Source: Glycera tridactyla (lineage: Eukaryota). Taken from it: a stretch of 64,000 nucleotides of DNA. The notes under the pieces were generated by a model. That model saw nothing but the letters and a program-made list of their open reading frames with translations. It ran no database searches and was not told the DNA's origin. Each line of letters starts with the position of its first letter. Within the stretch, counting starts at the first letter, position 1. Below, piece after piece: positions 1 to 11,370 of this stretch. The translations under genes were made by a program, and so were the position numbers. The DNA lies in contig OZ286474.1 in assembly GCA_965644265.1 (NCBI GenBank), positions 59,148,001-59,212,000 of the forward strand, read 5' to 3'.

Positions 1-2690
1 ATACCATCGAGGTTGTATCTTAGTGACACAAAACCGCGATACTCTTGTTGACCACATCTTCCAGGTGACTGGTTCATTTGGCGGTATCAAAGACGGGACG
101 ACGCTGAATTTCTGCTGATATACTAGTTAAGTGAGATTTGAGTAGATTGAAGAGCGTCAGTGGACGTCGAAACATTCCTCTGATGTCTGGGAAGAAGTGT
201 TCACTGTATTCGAACATGCCGTCAAGAATCACTATGATTGTATGTTGAAGTTGTACTGGTCCAGTAGAAAAGCCTGACCCTCATAAATTATTATTGACTT
301 TCTGTCTGCTTGATTGCGTGCCCGCTTACGTGTCCGTCTGTCTGTCAGTCTGTCCGTCTGTCTGTCTATCTGATTATCTGCCTGCCAGTCAGCCTGCCTG
401 TCTGTCTGTCTGTCTGCCTGCCTGCCTGCCTACCTGCATGTACGTCTATCTGTCTGCATGTCTGCCTATCTGTCTGTCTGTCTGTCTATAGTACACACGG
501 TCAAAATCATGTCAAGATGTCAGATGAGATGGTTGGAACGAGAATTTATCAGAATGAAACTGTGTTTCATAATTTACATTTTCAGAAATCATCCGATTTT
601 TTATGAATTTGGACCTGGGATCTCCAGCCCGCGAAGGAGCAAGCTGTCTTGTACGCTGAGCTATGTGGATTATGCACGCCGTCAGACATGATAGAGACTC
701 AATCTTGCTGCTCATGGACTGAGACTACCTGTTTCATCTTCATTGATATAAATCAGTAGTACAAATAGTAACGTGACAAATCGAATCGCATTTTGGATCA
801 GGCAATATTTATACTCAAAAACTTTGCATATTTACCCCCAATAAGGATATTTCTTTGTTAATGCACTTGGCGACAATCATTATCACTGCATGATCATGGA
901 GTCGCTTGGGATATACATTCTCACCGATATGTGATATAGGTACCTAATTATCGAAGTGAAATGTGGTATGAATAGTCTTACCAAGGCTGGGTACACATGA
1001 ATCTGTATGTAGTCCGTAAATATTGTCGTGTTTGTATTGTCCCGTGCTTGACTCATTATCTGGGCACTTTTTGCAGCTTATAGTATTTATGCGTTGAATC
1101 TCGTGAAAGCATATTCTATTAATTATCCAAATGGATCGATCTGTTGGTAGAAAACCTCAGCTCTAAATTCATAAATGTCTTTCTAGAATCGCAGGTTCCG
1201 AAAGCATCTGAAATTCCGGTCTGTCTTGAGGAACGCATGATTCAGCACCCATGATTTTATGAATTCTTACATTCTGTCATGGACCTGAAAGGAGGAATCT
1301 TGAATGACCCAATCCATGCCCTTTTCGGGAGTGACTCAATATAGACCATGTATGGGACAACATTTGAGCTCAATCAAGCAACAATATCTAACACCTCTGC
1401 TACTGGGCGCCACAGCTTGTGGTTTTGGTTTTCCTGGAATCACCACAGTTCTTGCTCCTGATCGCGGCCACAGAGAGGGGTCGGAGTATATTCATGCGGA
1501 TACTCATCACACCCGTGCATGTCAAGCTTTTAATTGACATATTATGATTATGATCCGTGTGTTGGCGGAGATTACAAACCTTATAATGTAGGCCCTATCA
1601 TGATTACACTCTGAATTCAATGTTCGCATTTCACACCACCTATGTGAATACCACCGCCTGGGATATGAAACATCTATTAGCGCTTGAACAATGCTTTGTC
1701 TAGCAAACATGGCTGGAGCCGCCATTCGGTTTTCACCCCAATTGCTCACTCTCCAGCTAAATGTATTGTGAGAAGAATTCAATTTCGTCATCAGTTTCAA
1801 ACCAAGGGAATATGCTGTTGCATATTTTCAATTCACTCACTCCTAGAGATTGTGGAAAACTTAAAGAGACATATCATCCCGAGGCAATATTCTTTTGGAT
1901 AATTTACACTGTTGAATCCATTGAATTACTCCGGTATTTGCTGGTATGAATGACAGATAATTTGAAATAGCCAGCTCGTCAGGCTAATACGTATGCATTC
2001 TATGGATTTCGAGATCAAGATTTATGGAACATATTTTGTGTGTGATGGGATGATAATATACGTATCGGTCGTGAGATATACACATAATTTCGTCCCAACT
2101 GCGATAATCTTGCGTTCGTCACACACTTGCTCAACGTAGTACATAATTTTGTCATCTAGTGATGCTCATGTGTTTTCAGCAGGTCGTTTGATTGTCAGTA
2201 TTAGATAGAGTAATTGAAGGGATTTGTGTTGAGTCAATAATGGAACATGCTGCAGTGGGTGGGATTGCCTACAGGTGGTAGACAAATAAAGATATTGTTT
2301 ACTGAGTCTATATCATTATTCCACAAATCTCATTGATCCAGTCATATAAACCTCATAAAAGGACGAATGTGCACGCACACGTGAGCTTCAACCGAGTTAT
2401 GATCCAATTCACAGAAAAAATGCTGTTATATTGATAATGACGATTGAAATAGCAGTAAAATGGGGACGATCGTAGTTGAGGATATACTTATGATGGTTGC
2501 AATTTCATATTGAGATGGAGGAAAATTGAGGCCGAGGACGGAGGTTGAGATGAAAATGAAGATGGGCATGAGGATGATTATGATAATAATAATGATAATT
2601 ATAATTATAGCAATGACAATATCAACGGAGATGACATTGAGCGCTGGCACGGGGAATATTTCCCCGGCACCAGTCACATTTGCAACCCAC

Positions 2691-2982
2691 CTCTATGGCA
2701 ATGTATGATAACCTTCCTGGGCTGTTCACAAGCTGGGGCTCCCATATTCTCCTTGGCGTGTGTATCCGACTGTACAAGCTCGGCCAGAAAGCTGATGTAG
2801 CCGATGGCTAACCGCAGTGTATCCACCTTGGACAGTCTCTTCTCGTAGGGTAGAGTAGGGATGTGGGCTCGTAGCCCCTCGAATGCCTCATTGATGGACT
2901 GCATTCGCTTCCGCTCCCTCTGATTAGCCGCCTGGCGCTGATGAACCTGTTGTGTGCCACATTTCCTTTTCCGCCGCCGAAC
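2691..2982 (-). CDS. Ptf1a: Ptf1a (pancreas transcription factor 1a, class A bHLH), coding exon 2 containing the whole bHLH
   Basis: Translates [70 protein letters not shown]...[11 protein letters not shown]. This matches the Ptf1a bHLH and the Ptf1a-typical KVIICHRG motif. Acceptor ctgcag|GTT at 2982 (phase 0); donor AGAG|gtgggt at 2691 (phase 1). The MMTLLQ start in the ORF track is intronic. Confidence 0.95.
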
Positions 2983-5177
2983 CTGCAGCAATGTCATCAA
3001 TTGAAAATTAATTTATTTGCAATTAGCCATTTTTCTGCATTGTTGATTCGCGAGATGAGCTTGTTGTGAGATTAGGTTTTTATTCAGTGATTCTGGAAGT
3101 GCATTCGGAAACAACCTCAAAGAAGACGTGAAAAAGAGTTTCCTTCTTGATTGAGTCCGGAATATTGAAACTCTACAATTGATTGTCTTGCTACTCATTC
3201 CTTTAATTACGAAATTATCCTGATATTGTTCATAATTCTTTGAATCACGCTGTACAATATATATAGATACTTTGTGATATGGTAATGTGAGCTCCATGTA
3301 AGTTAACAGGTGTCATAATTTATTGATAGAATTAAGACTATTATAATCGACAGAGTAATCATTATTATGGGGTAATTTCATGATGCCCTATGAATTCCCC
3401 ATGAAAGAAAGAGTTCCCAAATGTATGCATACATAGATGCTTATTTTAGAGTAAACGCGCGAAAGTGTTCTAGTCATTCGTGCCCATGATTCACGATCAG
3501 GTTGATTTGGGTTGTAATCGATGCCTTGTGCCAAACCATGGGATTATATATGTCATATGTTTCAAATCTCGGAGCCCAATGCATTTTCCCCCTATAAGCA
3601 TCATATCATGCAGCCTAGACACTGAATATATGAAACCTTATATGGTGTATCTGACTATGTTATTGGCTGACGATTGACACTCAATTCTGCTAGCATGTCT
3701 TCCAAATAAGGTGCGGGATTCGAGACTTTGTGAGAGCCAAAGTGACCCAGACCTAGTGTGCCTACTACACGGTTTATGCATAGTGACAATATTGAGACAA
3801 TCAACGCCCGCCACGTTCAGTTGAGACGACTTCGCATCCAAAATAAGGTAAAGCTTAGTGGGGTAGAATCGATGTGAGAAGTGACCTGATGATATTGCTT
3901 TATTAATTGGCTCAAAATAGTATGAAAGAAGTTGTGCTCACTTCGGACTCCTAGACCAATATCTATCGAGGATAAGACGACTGATGATATAACACTTAGG
4001 GATGGATGGATATGTATATTTTCAGTGTAAAATGGACGCGACCCAAGTAAATTGCCACATCTTCATATTCAATTACAGACATTCAATATGCAAATGTAGT
4101 AACGGATATACACAGCTGGTCAGATATTTGTTACAATTATAAATGGATGAATATATATGTACATCCATTTTTCGGCCAAGCAGCAATTTTGGCTAAGGCA
4201 GTAATTAATTTTCGGCGAAATGATTGGCGCGTCAGCCAGAGGTATTGTGAGATGATTTCAACTTCACATTTACGATCCATTGGTATGTATCAACCGACAC
4301 CTGAGAATCTTTTTCACAGTCTTCTAATATCACAAAACACAGATTTCTCATGACTACATGAACTACATAAGGTGATATAGACCCTGTCTTCATCAGTTTC
4401 AGTCTAACTCCTTTCAGCGAGCTCGGCTGAAGACTTGTTCTTATTCTAAATGAGAAAGGTATTACCTGCTGGCAAAGTCACTAATTGCTGAGGCAAACGC
4501 ATATAATATTGAGAACAATAATATCGGTAAAGATCATGATGATCATAATAATGAAAGTGCAAATAATTAGGACATTAATGATAGTTACAATAATGATGAT
4601 GCTGATTATGATGTTGATTGTGATAATGATAATAATAATAATAATAATAATAATGACACTAATTATGATAATGATCATAATGATAATAAAAGCATAATAA
4701 TAGTAATAGTAATAATGATAATGATGATGCTGATGATCATAATGGAGAATGAGATAGCATTATTGAAGAAGGAGAAGCCCCATATTTGGGGTAACTGTCT
4801 TTAGTTTGACACTGTACTATATGTATTATATTGTACTGTAATCACTGACGAAGTGAAATAAAGTAAAATCAATCAATAATTCAAAAAAAAAAAAAGAAGA
4901 AGGAGGAGGAGGAGGAGAAGGAGGAGGAGGAGGAGGAGGAGAGAAAGAAGGAGGTGGAGAAGAATGAGAAGGAGAGAAAGAAGGAGGTGGAGGGGAAAAA
5001 AGAAATAACAAAGCGAGGGGAAAGGAGACCAATGAAAAACAGATGCCCCAAAAATTACACACAGGCTTATAAGAAATCAAATGTGCTTTTTGTATGATGA
5101 GAACCCCCCTCCATTAAAACTTATAAAAGAACCTGGCGATCTCATTACACCCTGAAAGACTATATGTAATCACCCAC

Positions 5178-5333
5178 CTTGCCTACATTCTCCTGGTCCG
5201 ACTGGGCGCCGTAGGGACTCTCGGAGCCGGATAAGCTGAGTTCGAGATCGGTAAATCCCGGAGATGGGTGGTACTGGTAATCCATGATGGGCCGCCCCAT
5301 CGCCAGCTCCATGTTCTCCATCATGTGAAACAT
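5178..5333 (-). CDS. Ptf1a: Ptf1a coding exon 1 (52 codons, missed by the ORF track)
   Basis: Open from ATG 5333: MFHMMENMELAMGRPIMDYQYHPSPGFTDLELSLSGSESPYGAQSDQENVGK. It ends at donor AAG|gtgggt (phase 0) and splices in frame to exon 2. Confidence 0.8.
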
Positions 5334-5592
5334 CGTGATGCGGAGGCTGAGGTCCCAGATGATAAGACTGATGGCTATCTATACCCGACCAATCTCACCT
5401 TCCGTAACCGGGTCCGAATATATGAATAAGTCAACAAGAATGCTTCAACTCAAAATTATGTCCTGCTCAAAATGAAATTCTGCACAAATATTGATATCCG
5501 TATGAGGTATCTTTCACTTGGGATATTTGTTTGAAATATCCAGTGAAAATGTATATTGCAATTTTCTCGCTGAAATGATACAAATATAAAAT

Positions 5593-5610
5593 CAGATGCA
5601 ATGTTTCCCA
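5593..5610 (+). promoter_or_regulatory. Candidate PTF1 (E-box + TC-box) site upstream of Ptf1a
   Basis: CAGATG-caatg-TTTCCCA, about one helical turn centre to centre, 260 nt upstream of the ATG. Confidence 0.3.
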
Positions 5611-6184
5611 ATGATGCTTACGACTACATTCAGCATCACTTTGGAAACAGTGTTGCAAGCATGGACTATGTCCTATGAAGACCTGGTGAGAGTCAATAAC
5701 AGATGATGCTAGCAGGCCTGACACGTAAACCACTCAGTCCATTGATTATATTCCACCTGGTGTGCTATGTACGATAACCAAATATAGATATTTACTCCAC
5801 GATGTATCAGGTGGTCTAGTCATCGAACTTGGAATCAGGCACAAGGATGAATCATACCAAACGGAAATTCAAAATACTGATGTTAAGAATCTGCTAAATC
5901 AATGCTTGCCAAATTACAGTGATATCAGTCTTGAACTTTTTACGTAAAAATACTTTTGTGATGATTTCCGATTTTTTCCTGTTTTTGATCTCTCATATCT
6001 GTTATTCTTTTGAATATTTCCGAGCTGTAATTCATTCCAGGAACGAGTATTTCTCTTAGGATGAAAAGATGTGTGTAGTCATTTTGATCGGCTTGCACAT
6101 TCCGTCGCTTGATTATAATCCAAATAGGTGTCAATCAGGGGATGATATTCAGTGAGTTAATTAGGTGTTAATACTGCCAGTGTT

Positions 6185-6530
6185 CACGATACTCCCGCCA
6201 TATTGTGCCATGGATGAGGAATCATTTCCGGCGAGGGCAGGCTGGCGAGTTGTGTATGAATACAGGCGGACGTGTTGCACTGCTTGCCGGATCGCAAGTA
6301 TACAAGCGATTTGTGGCGGGTGACAAGTCCTTGAGGCAGCGCTCTTTCGTCACCAACGCCAGCGCGCGCAAGCACTGCCACGTGCGTAACGGAATCAACA
6401 GCCAATCAGCAAGCGTTATTTCCGATGTCGCGTGCCACTTTCAATTTTGCCCGGATTTGCCCCGGGATAATACCGTTATCTCCTGACACGAGGGCACTAA
6501 TCATCGCGCCCGGGTGAAATATTTCACCCT
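6185..6530. promoter_or_regulatory. CpG-rich non-coding block upstream of Ptf1a (candidate enhancer or promoter)
   Basis: Locally GC/CpG-rich. Contains CACGTG, AGCCAATCAG (CCAAT box) and the perfect 18-bp palindrome GGGTGAAATATTTCACCC at 6512-6529. No convincing ORF. Confidence 0.3.
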
Positions 6531-7096
6531 AATTTGTCAGAGAATGTCAGCGATCTGCAGGGATTGATGATGGTGTTATGAGTGGGCGGAATTGTTGCGC
6601 GGGTGGTTTGCAGGGGGTAGATTTGGCAGCAAGCATGAGGCCGGCTTTGGGAGCTGGTGTCACAGCAGCAGAGTGTATGATCGATTTCAGATAGAACGAC
6701 ATGTGTTCCGGCTCCCAGCACTAGTTCAACACTAATCCAGACAAGCTATATACTTATATTCCTGATATATATTCATCCATCACCATATCATTTGAGGTGC
6801 AACTGTCTCGCGATTCTACCAGGTCAGCGTCAAAGGGAGAACAAATTATGCTGCACTTCACGCAGGATGATGATGTTTTTTATCACCATACTTTCTTGCT
6901 TTTATACCACAGATTGATCAATGTTCATAGCTCCCCGAGGCCCTCCACGTTTTGAAAGCTCCTTGACACACAATTGAACGCACAAGCACATACATACTCA
7001 TGTGTTCGAGTTCAACTCAAACTGTCCCTAACCAATAATCATATCGAGCTTTACAAACAGCAAGTTTCTGTACCGCCACTGTGCCATATTCCCCCT

Positions 7097-7565
7097 AACA
7101 GTGAATTATTTGGGATGAGTTTGGATCATTCAGTGAGACTTTTTCCGAAAATCAGAGGAAACAATGAATATCTAGCCAATTTCATAATTTTCCACCATCT
7201 GACTTGCTTGCTTTCACTCGAACCATAATGATTCAGTCATTTTCTGTCGTCCCTTCCACGAATTTATGTATTTTTGTCATGCATAGGAGGATATCTGATC
7301 AGGAGTTACTTTTGCTGTGCCACAACCTCAGTTACCTTAGTTACCAGGTCCACTCTCATTTACTCGTGAACCTTGAACAAACAATTGAAAGGACATATTT
7401 TGATCATGTACAACCTTTGTTAACATTCTGTCAATTATGGGGACACCCAAAACAAGCCTTTGGCAAGCTATTCTCCTTCCATGACACAACTTTAGTCTGT
7501 ATGCTGTCTAAAGCTTGTAAAGCCTGGCAGACTAACCTTGTGCCATGGCACAACCTTAGTTACTA
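7097..7565 (+). mobile_element. Truncated copy of non-autonomous TIR element family A (full copy at 44135-45025)
   Basis: Colinear similarity to 44135-44630, starting AACAGTGAATTATTT. Contains the palindrome TTGTGCCATGGCACAA at 7538-7553. Confidence 0.75.
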
Positions 7566-7724
7566 ATTCTTTGATCGGTTGTAAATCACTCACTCACTCA
7601 ATCAATCAATCATGCTATGGCTTTCCTGGAAATGAAAGCAACTGCAAATGTTCTTTCCGGTGAGAGGTTTGCAGAACAGTGTTGTTGTTTTCTTAGGTTT
7701 AACGGCATGTATCAACCCTTGGGC

Positions 7725-7935
7725 TATGTATACCACGTGTTCCTGGTCAATGAAAGCTAGATGTTCTCTCCATGACAGACATCTCTCTCACAAACCCTGT
7801 GCACAAGAAGAAAGGTTGTCAAGTGGAAATTGCCGACTGTTCAGACTCACCTCTACCTACTGAACATGAACTAACTGAATCTAATGATGGCATATCTAAC
7901 TATGTAACTGGCTGGAAGCTGACACCTCTTAGCAA
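7725..7935 (+). repeat. Dispersed repeat family B, unclassified
   Basis: Shared core AAAGGTTGTCAAGTGGAA..GCTGACAGTTCAGACACACCTCT. Also at 39715-39905 (reverse) and 47215-47450, with partial copies near 28285, 43030 and 43695. Confidence 0.7.
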
Positions 7936-8889
7936 TACTTTTTATAAGCAAAGCGCAGTACTTGAAACATGTAAAAGCATCATATTCGGAGACTAGGTAT
8001 GAGAGTGGTGAATGCATTGAGGCGCCTGGATCGATATGTAGCCAGCAGCGTGTCTTGATGGAAGTTAGCAGCGAGCATATGGTGGCGATCTCACGCTCAA
8101 GTTACAGCTAATCCCACTGCAAGAATTACCACAAATCATCGACATCAGCATGCACCTCTCGACTGCACTTAATTCTATCTCTCTTTCTTCAACGGAGGCC
8201 TTACTTCTTCAGTGTTGGATCAACGGTGCATTTTGAAACCATCTGAAATCTTCGAGATTCAAATAGTAACAGCAAACCAGACATATGAGCCTTTGGATCC
8301 TTGTGTCAATGTATCAGAGCATTAATAGTTATCATGAAGGGATTTATCTGATTGTCATAACGTATGTTCTGTGTGATAAATGATCGGATGTAATAATCAA
8401 ACTATATCTCTGGGTATTACTTTCATTCATCTTCATGTCACTCATCTTGCTTTATCTTCATCTGTATATATATCACCCTCGCTCACCATTGAATCGTATT
8501 TTGATGCCTGTTGTATTCGTTATTCGTCATCCTGAAGAAGAACACTGTTGTGTCTAATTGTAGTTGACAAAGGAAAATAACTTGAAACAATCATCATCGT
8601 CATCATCCCCATCATCGTCGTCGTTATCTTTATCTTCCTTATCACTCTTCGCGAAACATCTCTTTGGACCAGCTAGATACATCGTTAGTTATGCCATCAG
8701 TAGGCTATTTCTATTATATGCTGAACCGATAGCTACTTCATATGATGTCCAAATCATAAACTTCTTGTTCCATCCTCTCTTCGTCTTCCTCTCCCTTCCT
8801 GTATCAAACCAATTTCCTTCTCCTGTTTCCTCCCCTGCTCCCCCTTGCTTCTTCTTCGACATCTATTTCCTCTCCTTTGTCTTCCTTAC

Positions 8890-9010
8890 TCTTCTTCTCC
8901 TGTTGTTTCCTTCTCGTTCTTCTTCTTCTTCTTCTTCTTCTTCTTCTTCTCCTTCTTCTCCTTCTCCTTCTTTTTCTTCTTCTTCTCCTTCTTCTTTTTT
9001 ATTGCCTCGA
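8890..9010. repeat. (TCT)n microsatellite
   Basis: Direct inspection; it explains the poly-S/F/L ORFs at 8564-9311. Confidence 0.9.
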
Positions 9011-10239
9011 TTTTCCTTCTCTTATTCCTCGCCACCTTCGTTCCCTACAACTTCGTATTCGTTTGTCAGTTGCCGATCACATTATCTTCCTGGTTGTTGT
9101 TAGCATTCAAGCAAAGTTTCTGGAAATAATTCGTGATAGGTTCTCAAAGGTGTTTGAACGCCCCCCCCTGTGGTCCATACATATTTTCCCGTCCATGTAT
9201 ATTTTCTTCTGTCTACGAGGTCCGTCCACCTGTCCGTCCATAAATATGTCCACCTGTTTCAATCCCCCTCGCATTCTTACTGTCCGTGAATGCACAAGTA
9301 TGGCGGTCTAGTCGATCAAATGATTGATTTGATGATTGATCGTTTGAATAATTGATTGTCCATTTGACTGATTGGTTGGATGACAGCGTGTATCAAGCCT
9401 GAGGAATATGTAGAGCATGCGTTTTTTCCTCAATCAATGAAAATGAAAACACCACGCAAGTTGTAACCCGACTTGATTCATGAAAACAATTGAAACTCTT
9501 CCTAGATTGCCTAAGTACAATCCGGGTAGTTTGAGATTGATTGATTGAAGTTCAATTGCACGTATCTACCTGAAGCTTTATGAATACCACGTTGAATGGC
9601 CTATGCAATTGGTTCTGCTCTCTGCAGGCATGACCCACGAATCCTGAATGCAACATGATGGGAAACCAGAAACTGTGTCGAGTAAGAGGATCTGATAATC
9701 CAGATATACCTCCTCACACATACCAATCAAATGAATAACCCAATGATGACACAAAGAGATCTTGTTCGGAAGCATTTTCGAAGGCGATAAAACAAATAAA
9801 TAATACATATACAGAGAAATAGACATATACATGGACACATATATACAGTTAGGAGAGGGGTGCTGGGATGAGAAATACACACTGCTTGCCAGCAGCTACC
9901 ATCAATTTTCATTTCTGCTACACATGACATAATGGCAAGAGTTTTTGGAACTCCCAACCATGTCACAGAATAAATGATATAGACGGCCAGAGCTCGTCAT
10001 CAAAAACCACACTTGCTTTAAGGTAAATGCACCTTAGATGATTCGGTGAGATCGGTTCTATTTGGGATTGAGGGCTGAGTGTGTGATGGGTGGCGGAGAG
10101 AAGTGTAAGTGGAGATGCGAGTCAAGGAGATTGGGTTGGAAATGGCAAGACTCAACAATCAATATGCACTGAGAAAGTTTCCATCGCCCACCATATGTTG
10201 CTCTCGCGTGGAGATGATGGCCACCGAGATGGGGATGCA

Positions 10240-11370
10240 GAAACCGCTGCTGCTGCTGCTGCTGCTACTGATGATCCTGCCACCGCTTCAATGAACATTG
10301 ATGTTGTGTCCCAAGATACCATATTTGATTGCTGCAAAAACTCAGACCGAATTTCACTTTTCATTCACAGCAGATATGACATTCTACAGCTACTGCTTCG
10401 GTTGCTATCGCTGGTGCTGGTGCTAGTACTGGTCTTGATAATGGTGTTGTTGTTCTTGTCGTTAGTGATGATGGTGGTGCTGCTACTGTCACTGTTACTG
10501 CTGCTGCTGCCGCTGCTACTGTTACTGATGATCCAGCCACTACTTCAATGAACATTGACGTCGTTTTCTAAGATGCCATATTTAATTGCTGCTAAAACCC
10601 AGATCTTTCAAATACTATTTACAGCAGAGATGACATGCTACAGCTACAGCTGCTGTTGTTGTTCTTGTCGTTGATGATGCTGGTAGTGGTGGAGGTGGTG
10701 GGGGAACTGCTGATAATGTTGTTGCTGCTGTTGGTTTTGTTATCACCATTGCTGCTGCTGCTGCTGATGATTATGATGATCATGATAATGATGATGCCGT
10801 TGCTGTTGCCACCGATGATGATACTGCTGAAGCATCTGCAGCTTTTGCTGCTGATTCCGTTACTGTTACTAATGATCCAGCGTTCGCTCCAATGAGAATT
10901 TATGTCATCTCCTCAGATATCACATTTGATTGATGCGAAGCAAAGTGATTGCCAAATTCACATTTCATTTCATGATTTATTCATTGTAGACATGACATGC
11001 TACAGCTACTGCTTCTGTCGCTAATGCTGATTATTTTGCTAGTCTTGACATCGATGTTTTTTTGTTGCTGTTGTCGTCGATATTGATGATATTGATGGTG
11101 GTGATGCTACTCCTGCTGATGATATTGTTGCTGATGTTGATGTTGATGGTGCTGCTGCCACTGCCGATGATGCCGCTGCCGCCGCTGCTGCTGCTGATGA
11201 TGATGCCGTCACAGTCTTCTGTTGTTGCTGATGTTGATAATACTGATGATGCTACTGATACCATTGCTGCTGCTGCTGATGCTGATGATGATGATGTTGC
11301 CGAAGATGCTCGAACCAACTTTATCACCGGTGACGATGTTATCCTTTACTAAATCATGTTTGATTGCTGA
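10240..11370. repeat. Composite tandem repeat: ~110-bp core alternating with (GCT/GAT)n tracts
   Basis: Core CTTCAATGAACATTGA..GATACCATATTTGATTGCTG..GACAT(T/G)CTACAGCTAC recurs near 10285, 10543 and 10888, with a partial copy near 11335. Confidence 0.75.

Noticed and set aside
512-1800. Minus-strand ORFs as Ptf1a exon 3
   Set aside because: No HSLSW or WTPEDP motifs; phase-1 acceptors tested hit early stops
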